A stretch of 58,706 bases of DNA, taken from NCBI GenBank assembly GCA_947625945.1, contig CANQQI010000001.1, positions 1 through 58,706 on the forward strand, in the 5' to 3' direction. Position 1 is the first letter of the stretch; every line of letters begins with the position of its first letter. Positions 1 to 8,599 of the stretch are shown piece after piece. The DNA is from an uncultured Oscillospiraceae bacterium (GTDB lineage Bacteria > Bacillota > Clostridia > Oscillospirales > Oscillospiraceae). The notes beneath the pieces were generated by a model that saw nothing but the letters and a program-made list of their open reading frames with translations, was not told where the DNA came from and ran no database searches. A program made the translations under genes and the position numbers.

Positions 1-1602
1 AATGGCCTCAAAACCGAAAAAAACCGAAAAGCCTTGGAATTCCAAGGCTTTTCGGCCTTCATAAACTGGTGACCCGTCGGGGAGCTTATACGAACTCTCC
101 GGGGAAGCGCTCTTATCAACAGAATCAACTTCATCGAAAGTGACCGTTACGCTTTCACCCTTGCCGGTGTAATTACAAACGATCCTCAGCTCGTGATCAT
201 AGAGGTACACCGCCTTAACGAATGAGTTGATTAGTTTTGTCTGGTACTGCTTATCGTCTACATCTCCATCTCTAAAGGAGTCCAGCCAGAATTCCATGCG
301 CTCCCTGGGAACGTCCACCTGTGTGGCCTTTTCTATGGCTATAAGAGCTTCCAGCCGACGGCACTCTCCCTCCAGCTCCATGAGGCGGTCCTTGGTTGTT
401 GGGGTGATGATGCCCTGTTCGATGGCAGTCATTACATTTTTGATGGCCTTATTAACGTCCTCGAACTCGGACATATAGGACATGAGGAGAGAGTCCTTTC
501 GGTGGAGTACCTGGAACTGTTCGTATCCATCTAGCAGCCATTGGATCACTTTATCCTGCATAATGTTCTCTTTGACGGCCTCTGTAACCTTCCGTTCTAT
601 CCAGTCTCGGCGGACCGCTTTTTTGCTGCATGCGCTTTTTTGCCGCTTGGCCTGGCAGATGTAGTAGTAGTGTTTTGCCGCAGTCTTGCTGGTGCCGCAC
701 ATACCCACCATGAAGCTGCCGCAGAGGCCGCAGAACAGTTTTCCGGTTAACAGATAGTCCCCATTCTCCCTGTGCCTGCCTTGGGGGTTCTTTTTTGTTT
801 TCAGCTTTTCCTGCACGGCAAAAAACAGCTCCTTTCTGATGATTGGCGGGATGCCATTTTCTATGCGGACATTATCAAATAGATATACCCCGATATACCG
901 CTCATTTTTTAGCAGATGCTGGAAACTACTTTTGCTCCAATCGTTTCCCGCTCTGGTCTTGATCCCCCGGGCATTCAGATCCCGCATGATATCCGCTATG
1001 GTTTCCCCACCGTAAAAACGCTCGAATATTTCACGCACAACAGCGGCGGCATCCGGATCTATGTCAAAGCGACCGTCGCTGCTTCTCTTGTAGCCGAATG
1101 GGACTGGGCCGTTGACCATACACTTTCGGGCATTGTCCATCATGCCCCGCATTACATCCTCGGCCATATTCTCGCTGTAGAATTGGTTGACGTTCATCAT
1201 ATTCCGAAGGGCAAAACGTCCAGCGGCGCTGTCGTCAAAGTCCTCCTCTACATAGAGACTGCGAACACCCAGATCGCAGAGCCGGGCATCATTTACCATG
1301 GCCTCCAGCATATTCCGTCCCATGCGGTTTGATTTCCAGGCAATGACGTACCTAAACCGATGCTTCTCGGCGTCGCGCATCATCCGCTGGAAATTGGGCC
1401 GCCGGTCCGTTGTCCCGCTGACGGCGCGGTCTGCATAGACTTCCAAAATCTGTAGATTATTCCTGCCGGCGTATGCCTGACACTTCTCCACCTGCTGCTC
1501 GATGCTCACATCACGCTGATTGTGGGAGCTGTACCGGGCATAGATAACGGCAGCGCCAGAATACTCATCATGTGATTTTTGCGTTTTTCTGCGCGATGGC
1601 AC
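1..1602 (-). CDS. Large serine recombinase (integrase); no stop codon before the window edge
   Basis: Manual translation from GTG 1602: AVIYARYSSHNQRDVSIEQQ...YADRAVSGTTDRRPNFQRMM...WKSNRMGRN (resolvase domain); DYLLTGKLFCGLCG..YYYICQ zinc ribbon; absent from the ORF track, consistent with the frame being open to position 1. Confidence 0.95.
   Translation of the reverse strand, partial: MPSRRKTQKSHDEYSGAAVIYARYSSHNQRDVSIEQQVEKCQAYAGRNNLQILEVYADRAVSGTTDRRPNFQRMMRDAEKHRFRYVIAWKSNRMGRNMLEAMVNDARLCDLGVRSLYVEEDFDDSAAGRFALRNMMNVNQFYSENMAEDVMRGMMDNARKCMVNGPVPFGYKRSSDGRFDIDPDAAAVVREIFERFYGGETIADIMRDLNARGIKTRAGNDWSKSSFQHLLKNERYIGVYLFDNVRIENGIPPIIRKELFFAVQEKLKTKKNPQGRHRENGDYLLTGKLFCGLCGSFMVGMCGTSKTAAKHYYYICQAKRQKSACSKKAVRRDWIERKVTEAVKENIMQDKVIQWLLDGYEQFQVLHRKDSLLMSYMSEFEDVNKAIKNVMTAIEQGIITPTTKDRLMELEGECRRLEALIAIEKATQVDVPRERMEFWLDSFRDGDVDDKQYQTKLINSFVKAVYLYDHELRIVCNYTGKGESVTVTFDEVDSVDKSASPESSYKLPDGSPVYEGRKALEFQGFSVFFGFEAI
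17..55 (-). terminator. Intrinsic terminator, host side of att (original tRNA operon terminator)
   Basis: Perfect 32-bp palindrome CCGAAAAGCCTTGGAATTCCAAGGCTTTTCGG (24-55) followed on the minus strand by a T run (17-23). Confidence 0.75.
67..97. repeat. Left attachment site (11-bp core plus one attP arm)
   Basis: Core 67-77; arm GGGGAGCTTATACGAACTC is an imperfect inverted repeat of GAGTTCGCTTGGCTCCCC at 55969-55986. Confidence 0.88.
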
Positions 1603-1630
1603 TCTAATGCCCCCTTTAATTCATGAGGCA

Positions 1631-2080
1631 TTAGATGCCCAGCAGCTGCCGCTTCTTTGCCTCGAATTCCTCTTTGCTGATGATACCATCTTCCATAAGC
1701 GATTTTAGCCCGCGTATTTCATCTGCTACAGACACGGCACCTACAGATGTGGAGGGTGCCTGGGTCCGGGCTTCGTAGCTTGTGATATATTGCTGCAGCT
1801 TCTTAGCAGAGTATAAGTTGTCACTTGAAAAAGAGAATGTCCGCTCGGCACCAAGTGCAGCAGAGATTCCAAAGCCTATGTTGACTCCAACAGTTGCGGC
1901 CTGTGCTGTCTTGAAAACAATTTGCCCAGGACTAAGGAAACCGGGTTCTTTCATGGTAAAGGATTGGATCTTAGAAATTGGGATACATTCTTCATCTCTA
2001 CGGGTTTCAATGATCAAATTTGCGCCCTCTGCACGAAGGACGAATCCATTCATGCAAATTAGTCGATAGGACGAATCCAT
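1631..2080 (-). CDS. SHOCT-domain protein
   Basis: C-terminal VADEIRGLKSLMEDGIISKEEFEAKKRQLLG; lies between repressor and integrase. Confidence 0.8.
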   Translation of the reverse strand: MDSSYRLICMNGFVLRAEGANLIIETRRDEECIPISKIQSFTMKEPGFLSPGQIVFKTAQAATVGVNIGFGISAALGAERTFSFSSDNLYSAKKLQQYITSYEARTQAPSTSVGAVSVADEIRGLKSLMEDGIISKEEFEAKKRQLLGI

Positions 2081-2202
2081 TGTTTAACACTCCTTTACAA
2101 AAATATCGAATTTATACGGTAAGAGTTATTTTCTCCCGATTTACGAAAAATTACAAAACAACTGATATAATAGGGCTATTATACAGAAAGGGAGTTGTAG
2201 TA

Positions 2203-2358
2203 ATGATATCCAGCAAAGAGCTTCTTCTACTTTTGCGATTACTGGGTCAACTAACCCAAACCCAAAAACAGGAACTTCTTACATATCTTCTCGTGCTTCA
2301 AGGTAACGGAGAAAGCCTAGTGCCTCTTTCTTCTTATGTAGAGACAGATTCGATATAA
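2203..2358 (+). CDS. Small Leu-rich hypothetical protein overlapping the repressor 3' end in antisense
   Basis: SD-like AAAGGGAG before ATG 2203; TGATATAAT extended -10 at 2163-2171. Confidence 0.45.
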   Translation: MISSKELLLLLRLLGQLTQTQKQELLTYLLVLQGNGESLVPLSSYVETDSI

Positions 2359-2659
2359 TTGATATAATCTCCAGATCCAACTCATCAAAACCGTCCTCGC
2401 CAACGAGGGCGGTTTTTTCAGACAAATTAACTGGCATATCATCACAGGTGTTCAGAAGCTCATCGATTGTAAGGCCCATTCCTTTAGCGAGTTTATTCAG
2501 CACGGCCAGCGTGGGCACCATCTTTTTCCCGGTTTGAGGATTAACATCCTTTTCAATAAGCGAAATATAACCTGTTGACAGTTTACACTGCGCAGCGAGC
2601 TGCCGCTGTGACAGGCCATGCTTTTTCCGGTAATCAAGGATTAACGCTGCCAGAGTCAT
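2279..2659 (-). CDS. CI-like XRE/HTH repressor
   Basis: YRKKHGLSQRQLAAQCKLSTGYISLIEK HTH; divergent from the cro-like gene. Confidence 0.9.
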   Translation of the reverse strand: MTLAALILDYRKKHGLSQRQLAAQCKLSTGYISLIEKDVNPQTGKKMVPTLAVLNKLAKGMGLTIDELLNTCDDMPVNLSEKTALVGEDGFDELDLEIISIISNLSLHKKKEALGFLRYLEAREDM

Positions 2660-2681
2660 TGGATGTTCCCTCCCTTGCGGT

Positions 2682-2814
2682 TGTAAAATCTATTTTACAT
2701 TGTGGGAGATGAAAAGTCAATGGGGGGCGACAAAATTATTTGACATTTTTTGTCAAAAGCACTTGACATACATGGTGCGAGGGTGTAATATAGGGATGTC
2801 AAAAGTTTTAGACA
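2682..2814. promoter_or_regulatory. Genetic switch region: four 18-bp palindromic operators and a rightward promoter
   Basis: TGTAAAATCTATTTTACA 2682, CGACAAAATTATTTGACA 2728, TGTCAAAAGCACTTGACA 2751, TGTCAAAAGTTTTAGACA 2797; TTGACA 2763 +17 nt TAATAT; a fifth degenerate copy at 3035-3052. Confidence 0.8.
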
Positions 2815-2840
2815 ATATATATATACAGGAGGTGAAACCA

Positions 2841-3041
2841 ATGGGCTACAAAATCAGAGAGCGAAGAGAAGCGTTGCGCTTATCTCAAGAAGAATTATCC
2901 AAAAAAAGCGGTATTTCTAGGCAAACAATATCTGCTATAGAGACCGATACCGATCGAAATGTCTCTACTAAGACATTGAAGAGTCTCGCAGATGCGCTTG
3001 AGACCACTGTTGCAGCACTTTTTTTTGACGAAAGCGCATAA
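2841..3041 (+). CDS. Cro-like HTH regulator
   Basis: MGYKIRERREALRLSQEELSKKSGISRQTISAIE; SD AGGAGG. Confidence 0.9.
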   Translation: MGYKIRERREALRLSQEELSKKSGISRQTISAIETDTDRNVSTKTLKSLADALETTVAALFFDESA

Positions 3042-3078
3042 AATTTTAGACAAATAACAGCGGGAAGGAGATAACAGA

Positions 3079-3327
3079 ATGCCCAAAATTGAATTTCCCA
3101 CAGATGAAGCCGTTGAGGCGGAGATCGCCCGGCTGCAAAAGTCCCCGTTGGTCGCTCTGGCCAGGAAAGAGGAACGTATTCGCAACCGGCGTCGGCAGTA
3201 TATGTACGATCTCCGTCTTTATGAAAAGAAGGGCCGGCAGTTGCAGGCGGACGGTGTGACGATGGAATCCCTGGAACGGCTTGGGGCGGCTGCGACTCTT
3301 GACTATTTGACAGGGGAGGAGGTGTAG
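3079..3327 (+). CDS. Phage hypothetical protein
   Basis: SD AAGGAG; fits early operon tiling. Confidence 0.75.
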   Translation: MPKIEFPTDEAVEAEIARLQKSPLVALARKEERIRNRRRQYMYDLRLYEKKGRQLQADGVTMESLERLGAAATLDYLTGEEV

Positions 3328-3329
3328 AC

Positions 3330-3527
3330 GTGGCAATGGCAGAGCAGCGACAGGTGCATGTTGATGTGACGCAGATCCCCGAATATGTCCGCTTTGATCT
3401 GCTGCACGCTGCCTACCATGCGGTGATTGAGTACTTCAAGCAACCTGGTGTTGAAGAAAAATTTCAGCAGTGGTTGGCAGCACGAGAAGCAGCCCGCGCT
3501 GCGGAGCAAAACCAACTGGGCGAATGA
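3330..3527 (+). CDS. Phage hypothetical protein
   Basis: SD GGAGGAGG; operon tiling. Confidence 0.7.
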   Translation: MAMAEQRQVHVDVTQIPEYVRFDLLHAAYHAVIEYFKQPGVEEKFQQWLAAREAARAAEQNQLGE

Positions 3528-3571
3528 TCCAGCCGGTGTTTCGCCCACCAATTAAAGAAAGGAGACAATCT

Positions 3572-4144
3572 ATGTACTACAAAACTTGCCCGTACTGCGG
3601 AGCCCACCTGGACCCCGGGGAACGGTGCGACTGCCAGAACGAAAGAAACGAAAAAGAAGACACCGCCGACGCCCCGGCGATGCCTTCAAAACAAAGCGGT
3701 ATTTCTACCGACCCCATTTTATCAGATCCGAGGCCAAATGTCAATGACTGTTTGCGCCTTCGGCAGATCCGTCAGCAGGCCGGCGCTATGGGGAAAGACA
3801 TGGCCTTGGTAGTGCGGGATGTATTCCCCAAGTTTAACCGGCAACTTCTGGCCCAGTGCGAAGCCTATGACAAGTATGGCGTCATTATCCACCCGGAAGG
3901 ACTTCGCACGATCTGCGCGGCATACGGAGTCCAGCTGGAACGGGATTCCAACACACCGGTTATAACTGCCCCTGAAAGCCGCAGGAAGCCCAATCGGCGG
4001 CTTGCCCGTAAACTGACCTTCCGGATGAAAGATGAGGACTATGCGCTTCTGGAGCGCCGTGTGCAAGAAGGCGGTTATCTGTCAAGTCAGGCATGGCTGT
4101 ACGATGTAGTCATGAAAGCTCTGAGGGGGGAGGCGGCAAAGTGA
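3572..4144 (+). CDS. Hypothetical DNA-binding protein with N-terminal Zn ribbon
   Basis: MYYKTCPYCGAHLDPGERCDC; SD AAAGGAG. Confidence 0.75.
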   Translation: MYYKTCPYCGAHLDPGERCDCQNERNEKEDTADAPAMPSKQSGISTDPILSDPRPNVNDCLRLRQIRQQAGAMGKDMALVVRDVFPKFNRQLLAQCEAYDKYGVIIHPEGLRTICAAYGVQLERDSNTPVITAPESRRKPNRRLARKLTFRMKDEDYALLERRVQEGGYLSSQAWLYDVVMKALRGEAAK

Positions 4145-4365
4145 ATCCCTATGATATCCCCGACCACCCCGTGATCGTCAATATGGAGCGGACAGGCTAC
4201 CCGGATGGTAAGGAGCCGCCAATGCCTCATTGCCCCGTCTGCGGTGCGGAGTGCGAAACCATCTACCGGAACCGCTCCGGCGAGAGCGTCGGCTGTGACG
4301 TCTGCATGAATACCCTGGACGCTTGGGATGCGCCCGAGTGTTTCCCAGAAAAGGAGGACCTATGA
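4141..4365 (+). CDS. Zn-finger hypothetical protein
   Basis: CPVCG..C..GCDVC; GTGA overlap with upstream gene. Confidence 0.7.
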   Translation: MNPYDIPDHPVIVNMERTGYPDGKEPPMPHCPVCGAECETIYRNRSGESVGCDVCMNTLDAWDAPECFPEKEDL

Positions 4366-4745
4366 AAGGCGTTGTTGTTACGACTAAGTCCGATGTGGAG
4401 GTCCATGAATTCACTGCGCCCTTGCATGAATCGGTCGGAAAGGCCGTTGGTGGATGGATTGAGATCGTCCATCCGATGTGTCTGAATCGTCCCTATGTGA
4501 TGATTGTCAACGAGGAAGGCCTGTTGCAGGACCTGGACATGAATGTGTACGGCAGTCTGCTGTACGGCGCCCAGATCCACGGCCAGCCCATCGTAGGCAA
4601 CGTCGTAATCATGAAAGAGGGATTTGTAGACGGTGAGCCGGATATCGTCGGCCTGTCCGATGATGAGGCCAGCAAAGTGGCGGCAGAGGCCAAATCCCTC
4701 TTGAAAGCCTACCACCAGGCCAAGGAGGCGGCGCAAGGTGGCTAA
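4362..4745 (+). CDS. DUF3846-like protein
   Basis: VGGWIEIV..MIVNEEG..IVGNVVI motif. Confidence 0.75.
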   Translation: MKGVVVTTKSDVEVHEFTAPLHESVGKAVGGWIEIVHPMCLNRPYVMIVNEEGLLQDLDMNVYGSLLYGAQIHGQPIVGNVVIMKEGFVDGEPDIVGLSDDEASKVAAEAKSLLKAYHQAKEAAQGG

Positions 4746-4995
4746 GTTCTATTTCACCTACGGCTTAGAGGGCCAGCCCTTCGTGGGTGGCTGGACGGAA
4801 ATCGAGGCTCCGGACACCAAGACGGCCTGCGCCATCTTCCGGGCATTCCACCCTGACAGGTACGAGGGCATCTTGAACTGCGCCGACTACTACTCGGAGA
4901 ATCAGTTCATGAGGACCCAAATGGCCGGACCAGGCGGCAACTTAGGCCGCCGGTGCCACGAGAGAATCACGGTAACGAGAGTTACCAACGACTGA
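4738..4995 (+). CDS. Phage hypothetical protein
   Basis: KFYFTYG..GGWTEIEAPD; operon tiling. Confidence 0.7.
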   Translation: MAKFYFTYGLEGQPFVGGWTEIEAPDTKTACAIFRAFHPDRYEGILNCADYYSENQFMRTQMAGPGGNLGRRCHERITVTRVTND

Positions 4996-5009
4996 AAGGA
5001 GTAACTACT

Positions 5010-5975
5010 ATGATCCGCAATCCTAATGAAATCCGTGAAGGTGCGAAAAAAATCCGTATGCTGATTGCCGGCTATCCCGGCATCGGTAAGTCCACCCTGG
5101 CCCTGTCGGCCCCCAACCCCCTGCACATCGACGTGGACTTTGGGATCGACCGCATCGAGCCCCGCTATCGCAAGCCCTACATCCAGCCCCAGAGCTACGA
5201 CGAAATCCTGGAGGATCTGACCCCCGAGAACCTCCGGGACTTCGACACGCTTGTCTTCGACACAGGCGGCAAACTGATTTCCCTTATGTCCCTCTGGGCC
5301 ATCCGCAAGGACCCCAAGAACGGCAAGCGCGACGGCTCCCTCTCCCTCCCCGGGTACGGCGTCATCAAACGAGAGTTTAACCGCCTGATGGACTACTGCT
5401 TCTATGAGCTCCAGAAGAACATCGTCATTGTTTTCCACGCGAAAGAAGATAAAGACGGCGAGAACGTGCGGCTGCGCTTGAAGGTGGAGGGCGGTACGAA
5501 AGAGGATGTCTGGGAGCCTATGGATTTGGGTGGCTTCGTGGAGATCTACGGCAACGACCGCACGATCGGCTTCTCCAACTGTGAGCGCTATTTTGCCAAG
5601 GGCACTCGCGGCATTAACGGGATCTGGAAGATTCCGGCCCTGACGCCTACCAGCCCCAACGACTTCCTGACCAAACTGTTTGCCACATACAATGCCCGCA
5701 CTACCGCCGAGCTAGAGCGGAATGCGGAGGTGCAGGCAAAATACGATGCCGCTATGGCGGAGGGCCGCGCTATTGTGGATTCTGTAACGGATGCAGATAG
5801 CGCCACCGCCGCAATGCCGCGCATGAGAGCAATTCAGCATGCGCTGACCTCGGAAAAAGAAATAAACGTCATGTTTAATGCCAAGATCAAAGCCTGCAAT
5901 CTGTTTTATGACCGGGTTTTGAAAGCCTACACACCGGCGCCGCCGGCCAATGGGGGCGCGAGGGAGGCGGAATAA
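5010..5975 (+). CDS. AAA_24 / Sak4-like P-loop recombination ATPase
   Basis: Walker A GYPGIGKS, LVFDT Walker B, IVFH. Confidence 0.85.
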   Translation: MIRNPNEIREGAKKIRMLIAGYPGIGKSTLALSAPNPLHIDVDFGIDRIEPRYRKPYIQPQSYDEILEDLTPENLRDFDTLVFDTGGKLISLMSLWAIRKDPKNGKRDGSLSLPGYGVIKREFNRLMDYCFYELQKNIVIVFHAKEDKDGENVRLRLKVEGGTKEDVWEPMDLGGFVEIYGNDRTIGFSNCERYFAKGTRGINGIWKIPALTPTSPNDFLTKLFATYNARTTAELERNAEVQAKYDAAMAEGRAIVDSVTDADSATAAMPRMRAIQHALTSEKEINVMFNAKIKACNLFYDRVLKAYTPAPPANGGAREAE

Positions 5976-6587
5976 TTGGACCGCTATCTGATGACCCACT
6001 CTCTACTGTCTGCTTGGCTCTATACCATGAAAGAGAACCCACGCGAGGATGCGACTTCCGAGAAGGATCCTATGGGAGAGTTCATGCAGACCTTGCGGCG
6101 GGAGCCGACGCCCACCACCGAGGCCATGCAGAAAGGCATCGACTTTGAGAACCTTGTGACGGCGATTATTGGCGGGACGCATGATACCCGGAATAACTGG
6201 TACTGTGCGGCGGCTACCGTTGCCAGTATCATAGACGGAGGGATCCTCCAATATAAGGCCCGGAAAGAGATCTGTGTCAATGATATGACCCTTGTCTTGT
6301 ATGGGCGGCTCGACGCTCTGAAAGCCGGAGAAATTTATGATATTAAATTCTCCAGTAAATATGAGCGGGGGAAATATTTTGGCAGTACACAGCATCCGGT
6401 GTACTTATCGCTGATCCCAGAGGCGCGGAGCTTTACTTACCTCATCAGCAACGGGATCGATGTGTGGACGGAACAGTACCGGCGAGAGGAAACACTAAGC
6501 ATCTATCCGATTATTGCCGATTTTCTGGACTGGCTGACCGTCCAGGGCCTCATGGGCCTATACCGAGAAAAGTGGTTAGCCTTATGA
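5976..6587 (+). CDS. PD-(D/E)xK exonuclease-like partner of Sak4
   Basis: YGRLDAL..IYDIKF..Q..Y motif. Confidence 0.7.
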   Translation: MDRYLMTHSLLSAWLYTMKENPREDATSEKDPMGEFMQTLRREPTPTTEAMQKGIDFENLVTAIIGGTHDTRNNWYCAAATVASIIDGGILQYKARKEICVNDMTLVLYGRLDALKAGEIYDIKFSSKYERGKYFGSTQHPVYLSLIPEARSFTYLISNGIDVWTEQYRREETLSIYPIIADFLDWLTVQGLMGLYREKWLAL

Positions 6588-7111
6588 GGGGCAAACTGCG
6601 GGATCTGACCTTTGGCCCCCGTGGAGAACAGCACATTACCGTCACCGTCACTCGAGATTTCCGTGAAGACTTCGACCGTCTCAAAGACTGCGAGATTAAT
6701 GTGGAGATTAAAAAATGGCGGGAACCCCGGAGCAAGGATGCCAACGCATACTTCCACGTCCTCGTCAACAAAATCGCTGAGGCCCAGGGCCTCGGCGATG
6801 ACGAGGTAAAGCGGGGCCTGGTCGTAGAATACGGTGCCATTGCACGGGACGAGGACGGTAACGTCATGGGAGCTATGCTTCCTGCTGGCGCCGATATTGA
6901 CAGTTTCTATCCCTACACCCGCTGGTACAAGTCTATGACATTGGAGGGGCGGGAGTACAGCTGCTACCTGTTCTACAAGCGAACCCATACCTTGGACAGC
7001 AAAGAAATGTCCAGACTCATTGACGGGGCGGTCTACGTTGCGAAGAGCCTGGGGATCGATACCGACACGCCCGAGCAGATCGCCAAGTACAAGGAAGAAT
7101 GGAGACCGTGA
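6584..7111 (+). CDS. NinB/Orf-like recombination protein
   Basis: RSKDANAYFHVLVNKIA and THTLDSKEMSRLID motifs. Confidence 0.7.
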   Translation: MRGKLRDLTFGPRGEQHITVTVTRDFREDFDRLKDCEINVEIKKWREPRSKDANAYFHVLVNKIAEAQGLGDDEVKRGLVVEYGAIARDEDGNVMGAMLPAGADIDSFYPYTRWYKSMTLEGREYSCYLFYKRTHTLDSKEMSRLIDGAVYVAKSLGIDTDTPEQIAKYKEEWRP

Positions 7112-7232
7112 GGAAAGGATGTTGTAACTACATCACAACAGCGGAGCTGTGCAGCAGCATCCCTTACAGTGTAGTACATGACCTTGGAGAGGGTCAGTAA
7201 AAACTACTACTCTATAACAAGGAGCTAAGAAC

Positions 7233-7499
7233 ATGAGCGAAAAGACCGACATGCGGATTTCTCTGGAGGCTACCGTGACGATTCCAATTGAGGAATATCG
7301 GTTGCTGATGAAAAAAGGAGCCATTCTCGACATGATCATCAGCGCATTTGAGAGCGACTGTGCCGGTTACGAGGTCAATAACATAGTCAAGTACGCCAAG
7401 CGTGTTCTTGACCTCGAATCCCTGATGGTAACGTCTGATGCCCAGGCCAAGGATAGGGCTATGGCCGATTTGGAGCAGGGGGAGAGTGTCGATGCTTAA
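7233..7499 (+). CDS. Phage hypothetical protein
   Basis: SD AAGGAG. Confidence 0.65.
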   Translation: MSEKTDMRISLEATVTIPIEEYRLLMKKGAILDMIISAFESDCAGYEVNNIVKYAKRVLDLESLMVTSDAQAKDRAMADLEQGESVDA

Positions 7500-7635
7500 C
7501 CACGTTGTCCTGATGGACCGCCTGACCCGCGATCCGGAGCTGAGACACACACAAAACGGCACCCCAGTTGCCTCATTTTCTCTGGCTGTAGAGCGAGATT
7601 TTAAGAGCAAAGACGACGGAGATCTGCCATTCTGA
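7492..7635 (+). pseudogene. ssb: Internally deleted single-stranded DNA-binding protein (47 aa)
   Basis: [37 protein letters not shown] (SSB N-terminus) joined directly to the acidic tail DDGDLPF. Confidence 0.75.
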
Positions 7636-7651
7636 GGAGGCGGTAAAACAC

Positions 7652-8599
7652 ATGGCGCAACGTAGAATGTTTTCTCTGCAGATCGTGGATACAGATGCCT
7701 TTATGGATATGCCGCTGTCTGCTCAAGCGCTGTATTTCCACCTTGGCATGCGGGCGGATGATGACGGTTTTGTCAGTAATGCGCGGCGCATCCAGAAGCT
7801 GGTGGGCGCTGCAGATGATGATCTTCGCCTGTTGATGGCAAAACGGTTTATTTTGGCGTTTAGCAGTGGAGTAGTGGTGCTTAAGCATTGGAAGATCTCT
7901 AACTACATCCAAAAGGACCGTTACAAACCAACGCTGTATCAGGAGGAAAAAGGAACCCTGTATCTAAAGCCCGGAGGTGCGTATACAGACCATCCTGGAG
8001 ACGGTGCAAAGCCATGTATCCGTTCTGTATCCAAACCGGACACAGAAAGCGAACATCCAGCAATGCCAACGGGTTTTGGCAATGTATCCAGTTTGGATAC
8101 ACAGGATAGGTCAGGAGAGGCTAGCGTAGTAGAGTCTAGTCAAGTAGAGAATAATATATCTTTCTCTGTTGGTGGTGACGCGCGCGCGGATGCCGAGAAA
8201 ATTGCCGCTGATTATTTGAGCAGCCGTGGCCTGAATGCCAGGTCCTACCTTGGCGTAACACCGGAAAACCTTATGACTGTCTCTGTTTACACAGATGTCA
8301 TTTTCTCGAAATTTACCCATCGGCCTCCCACGGATACCGACAGGGCAAATGTGTTCCAGGCCATCCATGTCAGCGAGATGGACGAGCATTCCCATAGTTT
8401 CCGGGTGACTTTTCCGAAGGATCGCATCGACTTGCTGATGTATGCGTTTGAACAGGCTGCTCAGGCCGGAAAGCCTGGAGATTGGCGCTACATCAACGGA
8501 GTACTTGGGCGCTTGGCGCAGCGCAGAATCGGCACCTTGGCCCAGGCAGAAATTTACGACCAAGAACAAGAAGAAAACAAAGGAGGGTATTCAATATGA
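7652..8599 (+). CDS. Replication initiator (replisome organizer N-terminus, DnaD-like C-terminus)
   Basis: MAQRRMFSLQIVDTDAFMDMPLSAQALYFHLGMRADDDGF; WRYINGVL. Confidence 0.88.
   Translation: MAQRRMFSLQIVDTDAFMDMPLSAQALYFHLGMRADDDGFVSNARRIQKLVGAADDDLRLLMAKRFILAFSSGVVVLKHWKISNYIQKDRYKPTLYQEEKGTLYLKPGGAYTDHPGDGAKPCIRSVSKPDTESEHPAMPTGFGNVSSLDTQDRSGEASVVESSQVENNISFSVGGDARADAEKIAADYLSSRGLNARSYLGVTPENLMTVSVYTDVIFSKFTHRPPTDTDRANVFQAIHVSEMDEHSHSFRVTFPKDRIDLLMYAFEQAAQAGKPGDWRYINGVLGRLAQRRIGTLAQAEIYDQEQEENKGGYSI
8015..8110. repeat. Iteron-like repeats, putative phage replication origin
   Basis: TGTATCC at 8015, 8026, 8083, with inverted GGA(C/T)ACA at 8038 and 8095, inside the initiator gene. Confidence 0.6.

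Noticed and set aside
227-1332. Plus-strand ORFs in the ORF track at the left end
   Set aside because: They are antisense to the serine integrase, which explains the region
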